Positions 1 to 8,798 of a stretch of 51,044 bases of DNA are shown here, piece after piece (position 1 is the first letter of the stretch; the number at the start of each line of letters is the position of its first letter). The DNA lies in NCBI GenBank assembly GCA_964431435.1, contig CAYSJV010000001.1:1-51044 (forward strand), read 5' to 3'. Source of the DNA: an uncultured Candidatus Poseidoniales archaeon (lineage in GTDB: Archaea; Thermoplasmatota; Poseidoniia; Poseidoniales; Poseidoniaceae). The position numbers were made by a program, and so were the translations under genes. The notes under the pieces are model-generated. The model made no database searches, was not told the origin of the DNA, and worked only from the letters and a program-made list of their open reading frames with translations.

Positions 1-3000
1 ATGTCTACAGTTGTCGCAGATTCAGAAGGAAATGTGCATTATGTATGGTCACGTAGCACCCAGCACCTGTACTATAGCATGTGGTCTCCTCGAAGCGAGG
101 TCCTCATAGATGCAACTCAAATTTCAGATCCAGGTATACATCGGGCATGGCATCCAGATATAGCAGTTGATGAGCAAGATAGAATTCATATTACTTGGGC
201 AGATAAATCAGGGCAACATTCAATAAAATACACAGTTCTGAATCCCGCACTTGCCCCTCAAGATGGAAATCCTACTTCAGATTCTACAATCACTGTGGTT
301 GAAGACACAATCGTATCACAACAACAGAATAATCGCGATTGGCCAGCAATTGCGCTTGACTCCCAAGGATCTGCACATATTGTTTGGGAAGATTCTTATG
401 ATTCATTAGATAAGTATTTCTCACAACCACAAATTTACTACTCAATGTTAGAGCCCGACTATGGAACACGTCAAGCAATAACATTATTCGATGACACATT
501 AATTACACCCATAATTGGGCACAAAGGTCACCCCGATGTTGCAGTAGATGCAGATGATTTCGTTCAAATTGTATGGGACGATACTAGAGGTGGAAAAGTA
601 GAACTTGTTTTTGTCATTGATACTTCTGGTTCAATGTATTCGGAATGGGCTGATGTTTGTACTGTTATTTACGGCGGTTCATTTACTGGCGGACAATCTT
701 TCGAAGGTATCAAGCCAATGTTAGAAAATGCAAACATGACTGTGTATGAAACATTGTACGGCCTAGGAACCTATCTTCCAGGCGCAGCAAGCACAGGAAA
801 TTGTGCATCACATAACATGAATTCTGGACCAAGAAATACGCCACTAGGTTTGACTCCTGGAGATGACTCTGGTGGATTAAGAACCTTACCTAATACAGTT
901 TACAGTGGTTCTTCATATTCAGGATTTTCAGGAGAAGATTGGGGGCCAGGAACAAATTGGGCTTGCCTATCTTGGAGAGATGCCAACGGAAATGTAGGCT
1001 CTGCAGCAAATCCACCTACAGCCGCAGATCACCATTGGAATCCTAATTCCACTAAGATTGTCATCCCTATCAGTGACGAGGGTCCAAAAGATGGAGATAC
1101 TGCCATGCTATCTGACGACATATTTTCTATTGAAGAAGCTCATGATTCTTGTATTACTGCAGGAGTCATACCAGTTGGAATGTATGGGCAAAGTTGGGGG
1201 GCCTCAAATGATGTGAGGTCACATTTCCTTGATTTGACACATTGCCCAATCGCACCAAGTGTTTCACTTAACCCTAGGAATTGTCCCGGCACTTCAGTTC
1301 GAACTACAGACGCGGGAGGACAAACGTATGAGTTCCCTGTTTCAGGGTCTAATCAAATGGCTCTTTTAGTTGAAGCAATGGTATATATTTCAACCAATAA
1401 CAGTAGAGAGATATTCACTACTATATTGGACCCTTATGGTAAAATGGAAAATGATCTTTCTTGGATCTCTGGGGCTCCCGGACATGTTACTACATCAAGT
1501 GATTATATCGAAGATGTAGGTCCCGGAGATCAAGGTCATTTAGTTGTAGTAAATGATACGAGAGTAACTCAAGATGATGCATATAGTCTTCATCCATCAT
1601 TGGCGATAGATAATGAAGGATATTCACATATTGCTTGGATGGATGCTAGAGATCACGGATTTGCAAAGAATGATAATTACGAGATATATTATAAGAAAAT
1701 AAAGATGAAAGGTGCAGGTGAATGGGATGGAGCTCCAAGTGGTCTTGGTTATTCTGCTATTAAGAGGATAGAAGACACAGCAGTATCCGATATTGAAATT
1801 CCACAAAGTGGTCGTCCATATGGTCCATCAAGTACTTATCCAGCCCTACTTACTGACCGTCAAGATAATGTTCATATTGCATGGTTGGATAATTTCAATA
1901 TTAGTGCAGGAGAAGAAATTCGCTATGTTCGATTAAATCAAACAAGTGAAGTAGGCCCAGGAGGTTTAATTGAAAATGGAGTATGGAAAGGTGCATTAGA
2001 TCAATGGGAATCAGTTTCAGTTACCAGTTGGCAAAGTGACAAACTTGGACCTAATTCTGGAAACAGCCCTGATTTAGGACAACCACCAGGATTTGCAAAC
2101 GATTTAGGTAGCGGTGCTCACGTTACATGGACAGATACAAACAAATGTAATGAGGAAACAAATAATTATCTTTACACAATTTGTTACACCCATGTATTAA
2201 CTGGACAGGTTGATGTAGAATTCCAAGAAGGAGAAACATACTATCACGTAATTCAACCAGGACAACAAACTAAATTCAATTTGACTGTAAATAACTCTAC
2301 TCCAGGCCCAGTAGATTTAGTTGCAGATACCTATTCATTGACTTTGACTAATATACCAACAAATTGGACAGCAACACTGTATTTCTCACAGAATGATACG
2401 GCTATTTTCCCTGAAACACCTATATTTTTGGAAGGTTCTGAAACGATAGATGTTTATTTGAAAGTAAGAGCACCTTCAATTTACCAAGCATCCGGATTAC
2501 AGGATGAATTGGCATCTATCATTGTTGAAGCAGTTTCATGGAAAGATCCAGCAATTCGAAATGAACGAATTACTCAAACATTAATGGATATAAAGTATGG
2601 TATAGATCTTGATACAAGCCACTCTACAGTCGATGTAGAACAGGGTCTAACTGCGGTATTCTCAATTACAATTACAAATACTGGAAATGTGTATGACACA
2701 TTCAATTTCTTTGATCCAGGAACTTTGGAAGGGGGAGCTGAATGGGGTGTACCATTTGGATGGGGTATTCGTTTCCTCGAACCATCTCATTCAATATCTC
2801 TAGATCCAAAGCAATCTGCAACTAAGAATTTAGAAATAGATATCCCGACTACACAAACACCTACTACTGAGGCGCTTTATCTGAAGGGATGGTCTACAGG
2901 AGAACCATTCCCAAGTAGGGCAACGGGGACATATGACGTGCTTACGTTGTATGTCAATGTAAGTATTAGGTCAACAGGTAACATTGATTTCTATGTTGCC

Positions 3001-4881
3001 GACCAATCAGAAAAGATTTATCCAGGAGAATGTGCAAATTATGAGATTGAAGTAACTAAAAACTTTGATGATGGAAGATTAATATTTTCTTTACCCGGAG
3101 CACCCGATCCTAAGCCTATTGATGTTTCATTGGAAGAATGGCAAGAGGAACATTGGACATTTGGTCTTGACTTTGAGACACATAATGCTCCAGGCGACAA
3201 TACAATGGCTCTAGAAAGCCCACGACTTTGGCTTAAGGACGCAACACACAAAGTTGTAGCATGGGTTTGTGCCCCAACAAGTCGTGATTATGCATTGGCA
3301 GGTATTGGTCCAGCACTGACTGTAAAAGCGAATCTAGAAGGCTATTCAAGAGTGTCTGATTCTGTTATACTATCAACTAGAGTGTCGCAAATTTATGATT
3401 TGGATATGAATACAGAGACTACAGAGTATTCTGTAAACCCAGGAGAATCTATTGTAGTAGATGCTGAGATATTCAATAATGGAAACACTCCAGATAATTA
3501 TGATATTAGACTAGAATCTTCAATAAGAGTAGATGATGGTGCTGTAGTACTCTGGGATATACAGATCCCCCGACAGTTATTGGTAGAATTACAACCGCCA
3601 CGAGAAGGTGAGCTTGGGGGTTCACAACAAGTCAGTCTTACAGTTAATACACCTTCACAAGTGGAGGCGGGTGACTACAGGTTTGTAATCGGAGTTTTTA
3701 GTGAAGAAGCATGTTGTGAAAACACAGTTAATACTTACTTTGGAGAGGAAGAGACTTATCTCAGAGACACCTTGATTCTTGAAATTAAAGTTAAACAATT
3801 CCACGATTTACAACTTTCAATCGACCCATTGGTTGAAAATGATGTCAAAACAACTGCTCCTGGAAGGACAGTTCAATTTGTTATGAATTTAACAAATAAC
3901 GGAAATGTAGTCGATACTGCATATATGCACAATTATACAGAGAGCGAATCTGAATGGACTCTAGGTTTATTGGAAATGTGGCAAACAAGTTGGGCAATTG
4001 TTGAAGACTTTAACACAGAAACCCCAACTATAGTTAATTGTTTAGAAATAAGTGAGGGGATGTCAATGTCAGCAGGAGAATGTTATCACGTTCACCCGAC
4101 TGATTTGTGGGTTGTGCCTGAAATGGGTCCATATGAAACATTAACTATGATTGCTACTGTAGATGTCAGTCCTCAAGCTAAATTAACTAACAGATATGTT
4201 GGTCTGAAAACAACGTCTATGTATGGTTCTGCAGTAGATGGAGGAGATCACGATGAGACAGAGACTTGGGAAGATATGGAAACTGACACAAATGAGCAGA
4301 AGGTCACTCTTCGTTTACGTGCACCAAATCCATACTTTGTAGGAAACCCGACAATCCCTAATGATGCTAGTGCAGATATCGGAGATACAATTCCAATTAC
4401 AGTTACAATTGGTAATGATGGAAATGCTCAAGCTGATGATGTTGAGATTATTATATGTCAAGATCAGGATTATGAAGATGTAGAAAAATATGGCTGTGAA
4501 GAAGACAATATAGTGTATAGGCAAGTTATTGGGGCGCTTAAAGAAGTTGACGCTGCAGGAACACAATCTAAGGTTGAAATCACGTTACTATATCCCGTTA
4601 CGGCCGGTTCACATGAAGTTGTATTAATTATAGATCCAAATGATAACATTATAGAAAAGGATGAGGATGACAACATAAAAAGAGTAGATTCATTATCTTC
4701 ATCTAATCCAATAATGGATGTAGCACTTGAGGCAGTATCTGTTTGGGCGTTACCCTTTGGAGTTTTCTTGTTAACACTCTCCTTACTATCAGTTGTTTAT
4801 CTGGTAGGTCGAGGACGCAGAAAATCTGCAATGGATAGAATTGCAGAGCAAACAAGTGTACTTGGTTCACTCAACGATTAG
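1..4881 (+). CDS. Giant cell-surface protein, probably 5'-truncated by the window edge. It has propeller-like repeats with a nested vWA domain, several CARDB/Ig-like beta-sandwich domains and a C-terminal TM anchor.
   Basis: The frame is open from nt 1 and there is no signal peptide at residue 1. Seven repeats share the pattern hP-x-hAhD..G..HhhW.D...hYY (e.g. WHPDIAVDEQDRIHITWAD, DWPAIALDSQGSAHIVWED, LHPSLAIDNEGYSHIAWMD). A MIDAS-type DxSxS motif, VFVIDTSGSM, lies at nt 610-639, followed later by KIVIPISDEGP. CARDB-like signatures include ITNTGNVYD, IFNNGNTPDNYD, LTNNGNVVD and IGNDGNAQADDVEI. The C-terminus has a hydrophobic helix VWALPFGVFLLTLSLLSVVYLV followed by GRGRRK. Confidence 0.8.
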   Translation: MSTVVADSEGNVHYVWSRSTQHLYYSMWSPRSEVLIDATQISDPGIHRAWHPDIAVDEQDRIHITWADKSGQHSIKYTVLNPALAPQDGNPTSDSTITVVEDTIVSQQQNNRDWPAIALDSQGSAHIVWEDSYDSLDKYFSQPQIYYSMLEPDYGTRQAITLFDDTLITPIIGHKGHPDVAVDADDFVQIVWDDTRGGKVELVFVIDTSGSMYSEWADVCTVIYGGSFTGGQSFEGIKPMLENANMTVYETLYGLGTYLPGAASTGNCASHNMNSGPRNTPLGLTPGDDSGGLRTLPNTVYSGSSYSGFSGEDWGPGTNWACLSWRDANGNVGSAANPPTAADHHWNPNSTKIVIPISDEGPKDGDTAMLSDDIFSIEEAHDSCITAGVIPVGMYGQSWGASNDVRSHFLDLTHCPIAPSVSLNPRNCPGTSVRTTDAGGQTYEFPVSGSNQMALLVEAMVYISTNNSREIFTTILDPYGKMENDLSWISGAPGHVTTSSDYIEDVGPGDQGHLVVVNDTRVTQDDAYSLHPSLAIDNEGYSHIAWMDARDHGFAKNDNYEIYYKKIKMKGAGEWDGAPSGLGYSAIKRIEDTAVSDIEIPQSGRPYGPSSTYPALLTDRQDNVHIAWLDNFNISAGEEIRYVRLNQTSEVGPGGLIENGVWKGALDQWESVSVTSWQSDKLGPNSGNSPDLGQPPGFANDLGSGAHVTWTDTNKCNEETNNYLYTICYTHVLTGQVDVEFQEGETYYHVIQPGQQTKFNLTVNNSTPGPVDLVADTYSLTLTNIPTNWTATLYFSQNDTAIFPETPIFLEGSETIDVYLKVRAPSIYQASGLQDELASIIVEAVSWKDPAIRNERITQTLMDIKYGIDLDTSHSTVDVEQGLTAVFSITITNTGNVYDTFNFFDPGTLEGGAEWGVPFGWGIRFLEPSHSISLDPKQSATKNLEIDIPTTQTPTTEALYLKGWSTGEPFPSRATGTYDVLTLYVNVSIRSTGNIDFYVADQSEKIYPGECANYEIEVTKNFDDGRLIFSLPGAPDPKPIDVSLEEWQEEHWTFGLDFETHNAPGDNTMALESPRLWLKDATHKVVAWVCAPTSRDYALAGIGPALTVKANLEGYSRVSDSVILSTRVSQIYDLDMNTETTEYSVNPGESIVVDAEIFNNGNTPDNYDIRLESSIRVDDGAVVLWDIQIPRQLLVELQPPREGELGGSQQVSLTVNTPSQVEAGDYRFVIGVFSEEACCENTVNTYFGEEETYLRDTLILEIKVKQFHDLQLSIDPLVENDVKTTAPGRTVQFVMNLTNNGNVVDTAYMHNYTESESEWTLGLLEMWQTSWAIVEDFNTETPTIVNCLEISEGMSMSAGECYHVHPTDLWVVPEMGPYETLTMIATVDVSPQAKLTNRYVGLKTTSMYGSAVDGGDHDETETWEDMETDTNEQKVTLRLRAPNPYFVGNPTIPNDASADIGDTIPITVTIGNDGNAQADDVEIIICQDQDYEDVEKYGCEEDNIVYRQVIGALKEVDAAGTQSKVEITLLYPVTAGSHEVVLIIDPNDNIIEKDEDDNIKRVDSLSSSNPIMDVALEAVSVWALPFGVFLLTLSLLSVVYLVGRGRRKSAMDRIAEQTSVLGSLND

Positions 4882-5647
4882 ATCTAGACTCTGACTTGGA
4901 TTCTGCTTCAAGCAGTGTCCACCAAGGTAAGTTGTGATTATCGGATGTTGCGATGATACTTCCACTTCTTTGTGCTATACGTTTCATAATACGTTTATTC
5001 ACATTTTCAAATAAACCTTCAACGCGCTGTGCACCAAGTTGGAGCTCTTCGGCTAGTAAATTCAAATCAAGATTTTGATTTGGCCTTTCAAGAAGTGAAT
5101 GAACAATAAATCTTTCATTATATTCATCGAAATCGATTGAACTTGAAACTTTATTCATGATATGTTGATGCATTGCGATTATTGCATCTCTTTGTGCATC
5201 AATTTTTTCTATTGACTTGTCCAATATATCTAGAAGGTTTGCCGCCTCATCTATTGGTATCTTTTTCCTACCAGATACAACTTCAGCGATAGAGATGGCC
5301 TCTTTTGGTAAATGATTAGAGATTCTCATTGGCCCACCCTTAGGTAATTTTCGTTTTTCAATACGAAATAAATCAGGTCCCAAATCTATTCGTAAACTGA
5401 AACTTTTTTGAACTGAATAAATCTTTTTAGGAGGGCCACCTATTTCACTAGGAACTTTTGATGAATCAATCATTCCTGAATTTTCTAACAACTTCAAATG
5501 TTTCATAATTGCTTGTTGACTTACGCCTATTTGTTTTGAAAGTTGAAGTGGGTAATGTGGTTCTCGAACTAGTCGTTCTAAAATAGCCCGTCTGACTTTG
5601 TTTTCAAGTAATGCTAGAGACGCGTCAATATCACTCAAACTACTCAA
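4871..5647 (-). CDS. ArsR/SmtB-type winged-helix transcriptional regulator with a ~170-aa helical C-terminal extension
   Basis: The N-terminal KVRRAILERLVREPHYPLQLSKQIGVSQQAIMKHLKLLENSGMI matches the ArsR-family HTH. The ORF uses a TTG start. Its 3' end overlaps the convergent surface-protein gene by 11 nt. Confidence 0.7.
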   Translation of the reverse strand: MSSLSDIDASLALLENKVRRAILERLVREPHYPLQLSKQIGVSQQAIMKHLKLLENSGMIDSSKVPSEIGGPPKKIYSVQKSFSLRIDLGPDLFRIEKRKLPKGGPMRISNHLPKEAISIAEVVSGRKKIPIDEAANLLDILDKSIEKIDAQRDAIIAMHQHIMNKVSSSIDFDEYNERFIVHSLLERPNQNLDLNLLAEELQLGAQRVEGLFENVNKRIMKRIAQRSGSIIATSDNHNLPWWTLLEAESKSESRSNR

Positions 5648-5664
5648 CCCAAGGTTGTCTAATC

Positions 5665-5681
5665 ATGGGTCCCATAAAAAG
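5665..5681 (-). promoter_or_regulatory. Candidate promoter/operator of the ArsR-like gene: TATA-like TTTTTAT directly followed by the palindrome ATGGG-N-CCCAT
   Basis: The minus strand reads TTTTTATGGGACCCATGATTAGACAACCTTGGG followed by TTG (start at 5647). The T/A-rich box sits about 30 nt upstream of the start codon, consistent with a leaderless or short-leader transcript. The 5+5 palindrome lies between the box and the start. A 5-bp-arm palindrome is not statistically rare, so this call is weak. Confidence 0.25.
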
Positions 5682-5712
5682 CAAACTGTAATTTGGATTA
5701 CAATATACTGAA

Positions 5713-6609
5713 TCATCCCTCATCCCAATCTTTCCAATTTACGCTTTCTGATTGAGGCAATTCTTTGTTGGTAACGGAAGTATTTTCTTGTACAACATTT
5801 TTTGCAAATTTAGAATTATTTGCATCAGCGAAAGGAGGGGGAACTTTTTCAACAGTTTCAGAAATTGCGAAACCATCATTCTTTGGTATTGAGTTAATAA
5901 TTTCATTTTTTAGGTCTTCATCACCATGTGTTAAACCAAAAACATGATCTGCTGATAGAATGTTTGCATTACTATTTTCTATATTGCTACCTGGCATTTG
6001 ATTTTGATTAATACCACCAACAGCAGCGTTAGTATACATCACACTTTGTACATTTTTCTTTTTTCTACCCATTAAGAACAAAATTAATGCAAAGGGAATC
6101 AGACAGATAGAAAGCATACAACCAGCCATGGAGAGCATTAACTTTGAATCCTTCATCATTTCAGTTTCTGCGTTAGCGTAATCAATTAACCAAACAGTAG
6201 CATTTCCCTCATTAACCAAGTTTGCTTCAGTATCTTCATTTACAGTCCACCACTTGATTGCGGGAAGGACTTCACCATCTGAACCTTGTCTATCTGAGAA
6301 CATCATACCCTCTACATCCTCAATTTCAAGTTGTGTATCTTTGTTAATTAAATGTAAATCACTCGGCTTAACATCGACCCCCTCTAAGGAATAAGCTGCG
6401 TAGTGCTTATCTTTGATTAATGAAATATCAGAATTCGCTCCAGAATTTATTTCAGCAATATTGTTAACTCTAGGGTCTAGAATTTTTGTTAAATCATCAG
6501 TTTGACTCCACAAACTACCTACTGAAATGATTAGAATAACAGAACAAATTACCAATATTATCAATGAACCTCTTCTCCAAGGAGTTCCTACATCCACTGG
6601 TTCCTGCAC
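5713..6609 (-). CDS. Hypothetical membrane protein (TM, ~130-aa external domain, TM, then a cytoplasmic tail)
   Basis: Two clear hydrophobic helices: LIILVICSVILIISVGSLW and LMLSMAGCMLSICLIPFALILFLMG. No recognisable family motif. Confidence 0.5.
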   Translation of the reverse strand: MQEPVDVGTPWRRGSLIILVICSVILIISVGSLWSQTDDLTKILDPRVNNIAEINSGANSDISLIKDKHYAAYSLEGVDVKPSDLHLINKDTQLEIEDVEGMMFSDRQGSDGEVLPAIKWWTVNEDTEANLVNEGNATVWLIDYANAETEMMKDSKLMLSMAGCMLSICLIPFALILFLMGRKKKNVQSVMYTNAAVGGINQNQMPGSNIENSNANILSADHVFGLTHGDEDLKNEIINSIPKNDGFAISETVEKVPPPFADANNSKFAKNVVQENTSVTNKELPQSESVNWKDWDEG

Positions 6610-6688
6610 ATTAACTGGCTAGAAGTTATATGATTTCAAATCACTTAATGATAAAGAGAATAATTGAATAACCCTCGCTTTAATTTGG

Positions 6689-7699
6689 GTGGAGAGGCGT
6701 ATGTTAGAGATACTGGAAATTGTGTTATTGGTTTTGCTTTTATTTATACTATTGTTAGCAGGATGGATTGTTAACCTTGTAAATAAATCAGCCTCTCAAT
6801 CACAAGTAGACAATCTACAAAACACATTACAGAATTTAGATATGCAAGTTAAGCCTGAACAAATGACTGCTGCATTAGTACAAAGTGGAAGCGCGTTTGA
6901 TAGTGCAATGCATAAATCATTCAAAGAGTTGAAAATATCAGAGGATATAGGGATCATAAAGAAATCAGCTGAAGATATGGAAAAAAATGTCACTGAAATA
7001 CAATCAATCTTTCTTGATAAACAAGCTGCTGCTGGATGGGCTGAAATTGAGTTAGAACGGCTTCTCAAAGATACCTTTTCGTCTGTCCACATCCGTAAGA
7101 AGGTTCCAAAGTTAAATTCGATTCCAGACGCACATCTGATTTTATCTGATTCACGTATACTTTGTATAGATTCTAAATTTCCATTAGCAGCCTTCAGAAA
7201 TATGTGTTCTGCAAAAGATGGGAGAGAAAGACGCCCTCTGCAGAACACATTCATTAATGCAGTATCTGGGCATATTGAGAAGGTATTCGAAAGTTATGTC
7301 AGACCAGCAGATGGAACTACCGATGTTGCATATCTCTACATACCATCTGAAAGAATATATCAACATATGATAGATCCAGATAATGTTCAAGAATTGGAAT
7401 TAATGAGAGATGCAGCATCTAAAGGAGTTGTTGTGTGTTCACCATCTACACTTATAGCAAATATGCACCTCTTGAATATAGCAGAAAGGGCTATGGGTAT
7501 TGCAGAGAAATCAGATGAGATTATTAAGGGACACACTCAACTTAGAAGAGACCTCAATACTCTTCAAGGAGTATGGAGCACTCTTAGTTCTCAAATCAGT
7601 AATTCATATTCAAATAGAACAAAATTACAAGAATCCATGGAATCTTTAGATAGGGCATTGAAATCCCTCGAAAATCTCAATATTGAAGACGATTCATAA
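6689..7699 (+). CDS. rmuC: RmuC-family DNA recombination / nuclease-like protein
   Basis: N-terminal TM helix (VLLVLLLFILLLAGWIV) and a coiled-coil segment, followed by IPDAHLILSDSRILCIDSKFPLAAF, which matches the RmuC core motif (PD..h...DSKFPL). GTG start. Confidence 0.75.
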   Translation: MERRMLEILEIVLLVLLLFILLLAGWIVNLVNKSASQSQVDNLQNTLQNLDMQVKPEQMTAALVQSGSAFDSAMHKSFKELKISEDIGIIKKSAEDMEKNVTEIQSIFLDKQAAAGWAEIELERLLKDTFSSVHIRKKVPKLNSIPDAHLILSDSRILCIDSKFPLAAFRNMCSAKDGRERRPLQNTFINAVSGHIEKVFESYVRPADGTTDVAYLYIPSERIYQHMIDPDNVQELELMRDAASKGVVVCSPSTLIANMHLLNIAERAMGIAEKSDEIIKGHTQLRRDLNTLQGVWSTLSSQISNSYSNRTKLQESMESLDRALKSLENLNIEDDS

Positions 7700-7700
7700 A

Positions 7701-8798
7701 TTAAATCAGGCCTAATTGTGATAATTTTTCAGGAAGGTATGTGTCTGTAACATAATCTAACCCATATTTAGCTAAAGATTGTTGTTCAGCTTTTTTGCCG
7801 ATATCTAACATCATATTAATTTGTTCTTGCCAATGACTATCTGCAAATCTAGGATCACTTAATTCGGCCTTCAATGCTTCAATATCTTTACTTGAAAGGT
7901 CATCACTTGGTAAATCATATGCTAAGATATCATCAGCAGTGATACCAAGATAGATGGCACTTGGTGTAGCAAGATACTCTGAGATATGTGCAGTTTTAAT
8001 TGCCCCATAAGCAATTGATGCAAAGATTCTGAATGACCAAGGGTCCCCATCTAAAAATACTACTACTGGTAAGTTCCACTCTTCATTCATTCTCTTTAGC
8101 ATACGTCTTGTAGATCTAGCAGGCTGACCTTTCAAATGCAAGAGTGCACATTTATATTTTTCATCAAACCCATTTTCTGCTAACCTATCAAACATACCAC
8201 CAGTTTCTAAAGCCATTATAAAATTTACATCATGCTCTAGCAATTGAATTTTTTCTGCTTCAACATTATAGGGAACACCATATCCGGAGTCACCAACATC
8301 ATCTCTGCAATTTATTCGCATCCATTCACCACGTCGATTCCGTTCATTGAGAGTAATATTACCAATCATTCGTGCACCATCTTCTTCAGGTCTTAATTTA
8401 AAATCCTCTCTCATCGAGGTTGTTACAATTTCTAAATCCTCGGCAAGGTTATTGCTCTCATTTTGACTTCCAAATTTACCATTTCCCCAGGCTTCAGAGA
8501 TATAGTACATTTCACGAAGAGTTGATGTTTTTCCTGTCTGTACCATTTCATCTATGAATTCAATCACATGTAAGGTACGCAGAAGTTGTTTTGCACTTCC
8601 CAAATCAACAGCGTTTCTTGTTGATCGGTTTTTACCATATTTGTAGACACTTAACTTTTCATTAAATTGTATATTTTTCTTTGTTCGAACAGGCAATGTC
8701 ATAGATGGAGGATTACCTTTTACCATATTATTGTACATTTCTTCAACTACTTTCATTAATGCAATTTTAGTTTCTTCAGATGTTCTTTGTCTACTCAT
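7701..8798 (-). CDS. top6A: DNA topoisomerase VI subunit A (Spo11-like)
   Basis: Catalytic-Tyr region [12 protein letters not shown]. Toprim motifs [11 protein letters not shown] and [14 protein letters not shown]. The ATG overlaps the top6B stop (ATGA). Confidence 0.95.
   Translation of the reverse strand: MSRQRTSEETKIALMKVVEEMYNNMVKGNPPSMTLPVRTKKNIQFNEKLSVYKYGKNRSTRNAVDLGSAKQLLRTLHVIEFIDEMVQTGKTSTLREMYYISEAWGNGKFGSQNESNNLAEDLEIVTTSMREDFKLRPEEDGARMIGNITLNERNRRGEWMRINCRDDVGDSGYGVPYNVEAEKIQLLEHDVNFIMALETGGMFDRLAENGFDEKYKCALLHLKGQPARSTRRMLKRMNEEWNLPVVVFLDGDPWSFRIFASIAYGAIKTAHISEYLATPSAIYLGITADDILAYDLPSDDLSSKDIEALKAELSDPRFADSHWQEQINMMLDIGKKAEQQSLAKYGLDYVTDTYLPEKLSQLGLI

Noticed and set aside
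4735-4881. PGF-CTERM-like archaeosortase signal (ALPFGVFLL...GRGRRK) at the end of the surface protein
   Set aside because: The motif reads PFG rather than PGF, and a ~25-aa polar tail follows the basic cluster. Genuine PGF-CTERM signals end right after it. I treat it as an ordinary TM anchor.
6796-7254. 152-aa minus-strand ORF
   Set aside because: It is antisense to rmuC, which contains the DSKFPL family motif.
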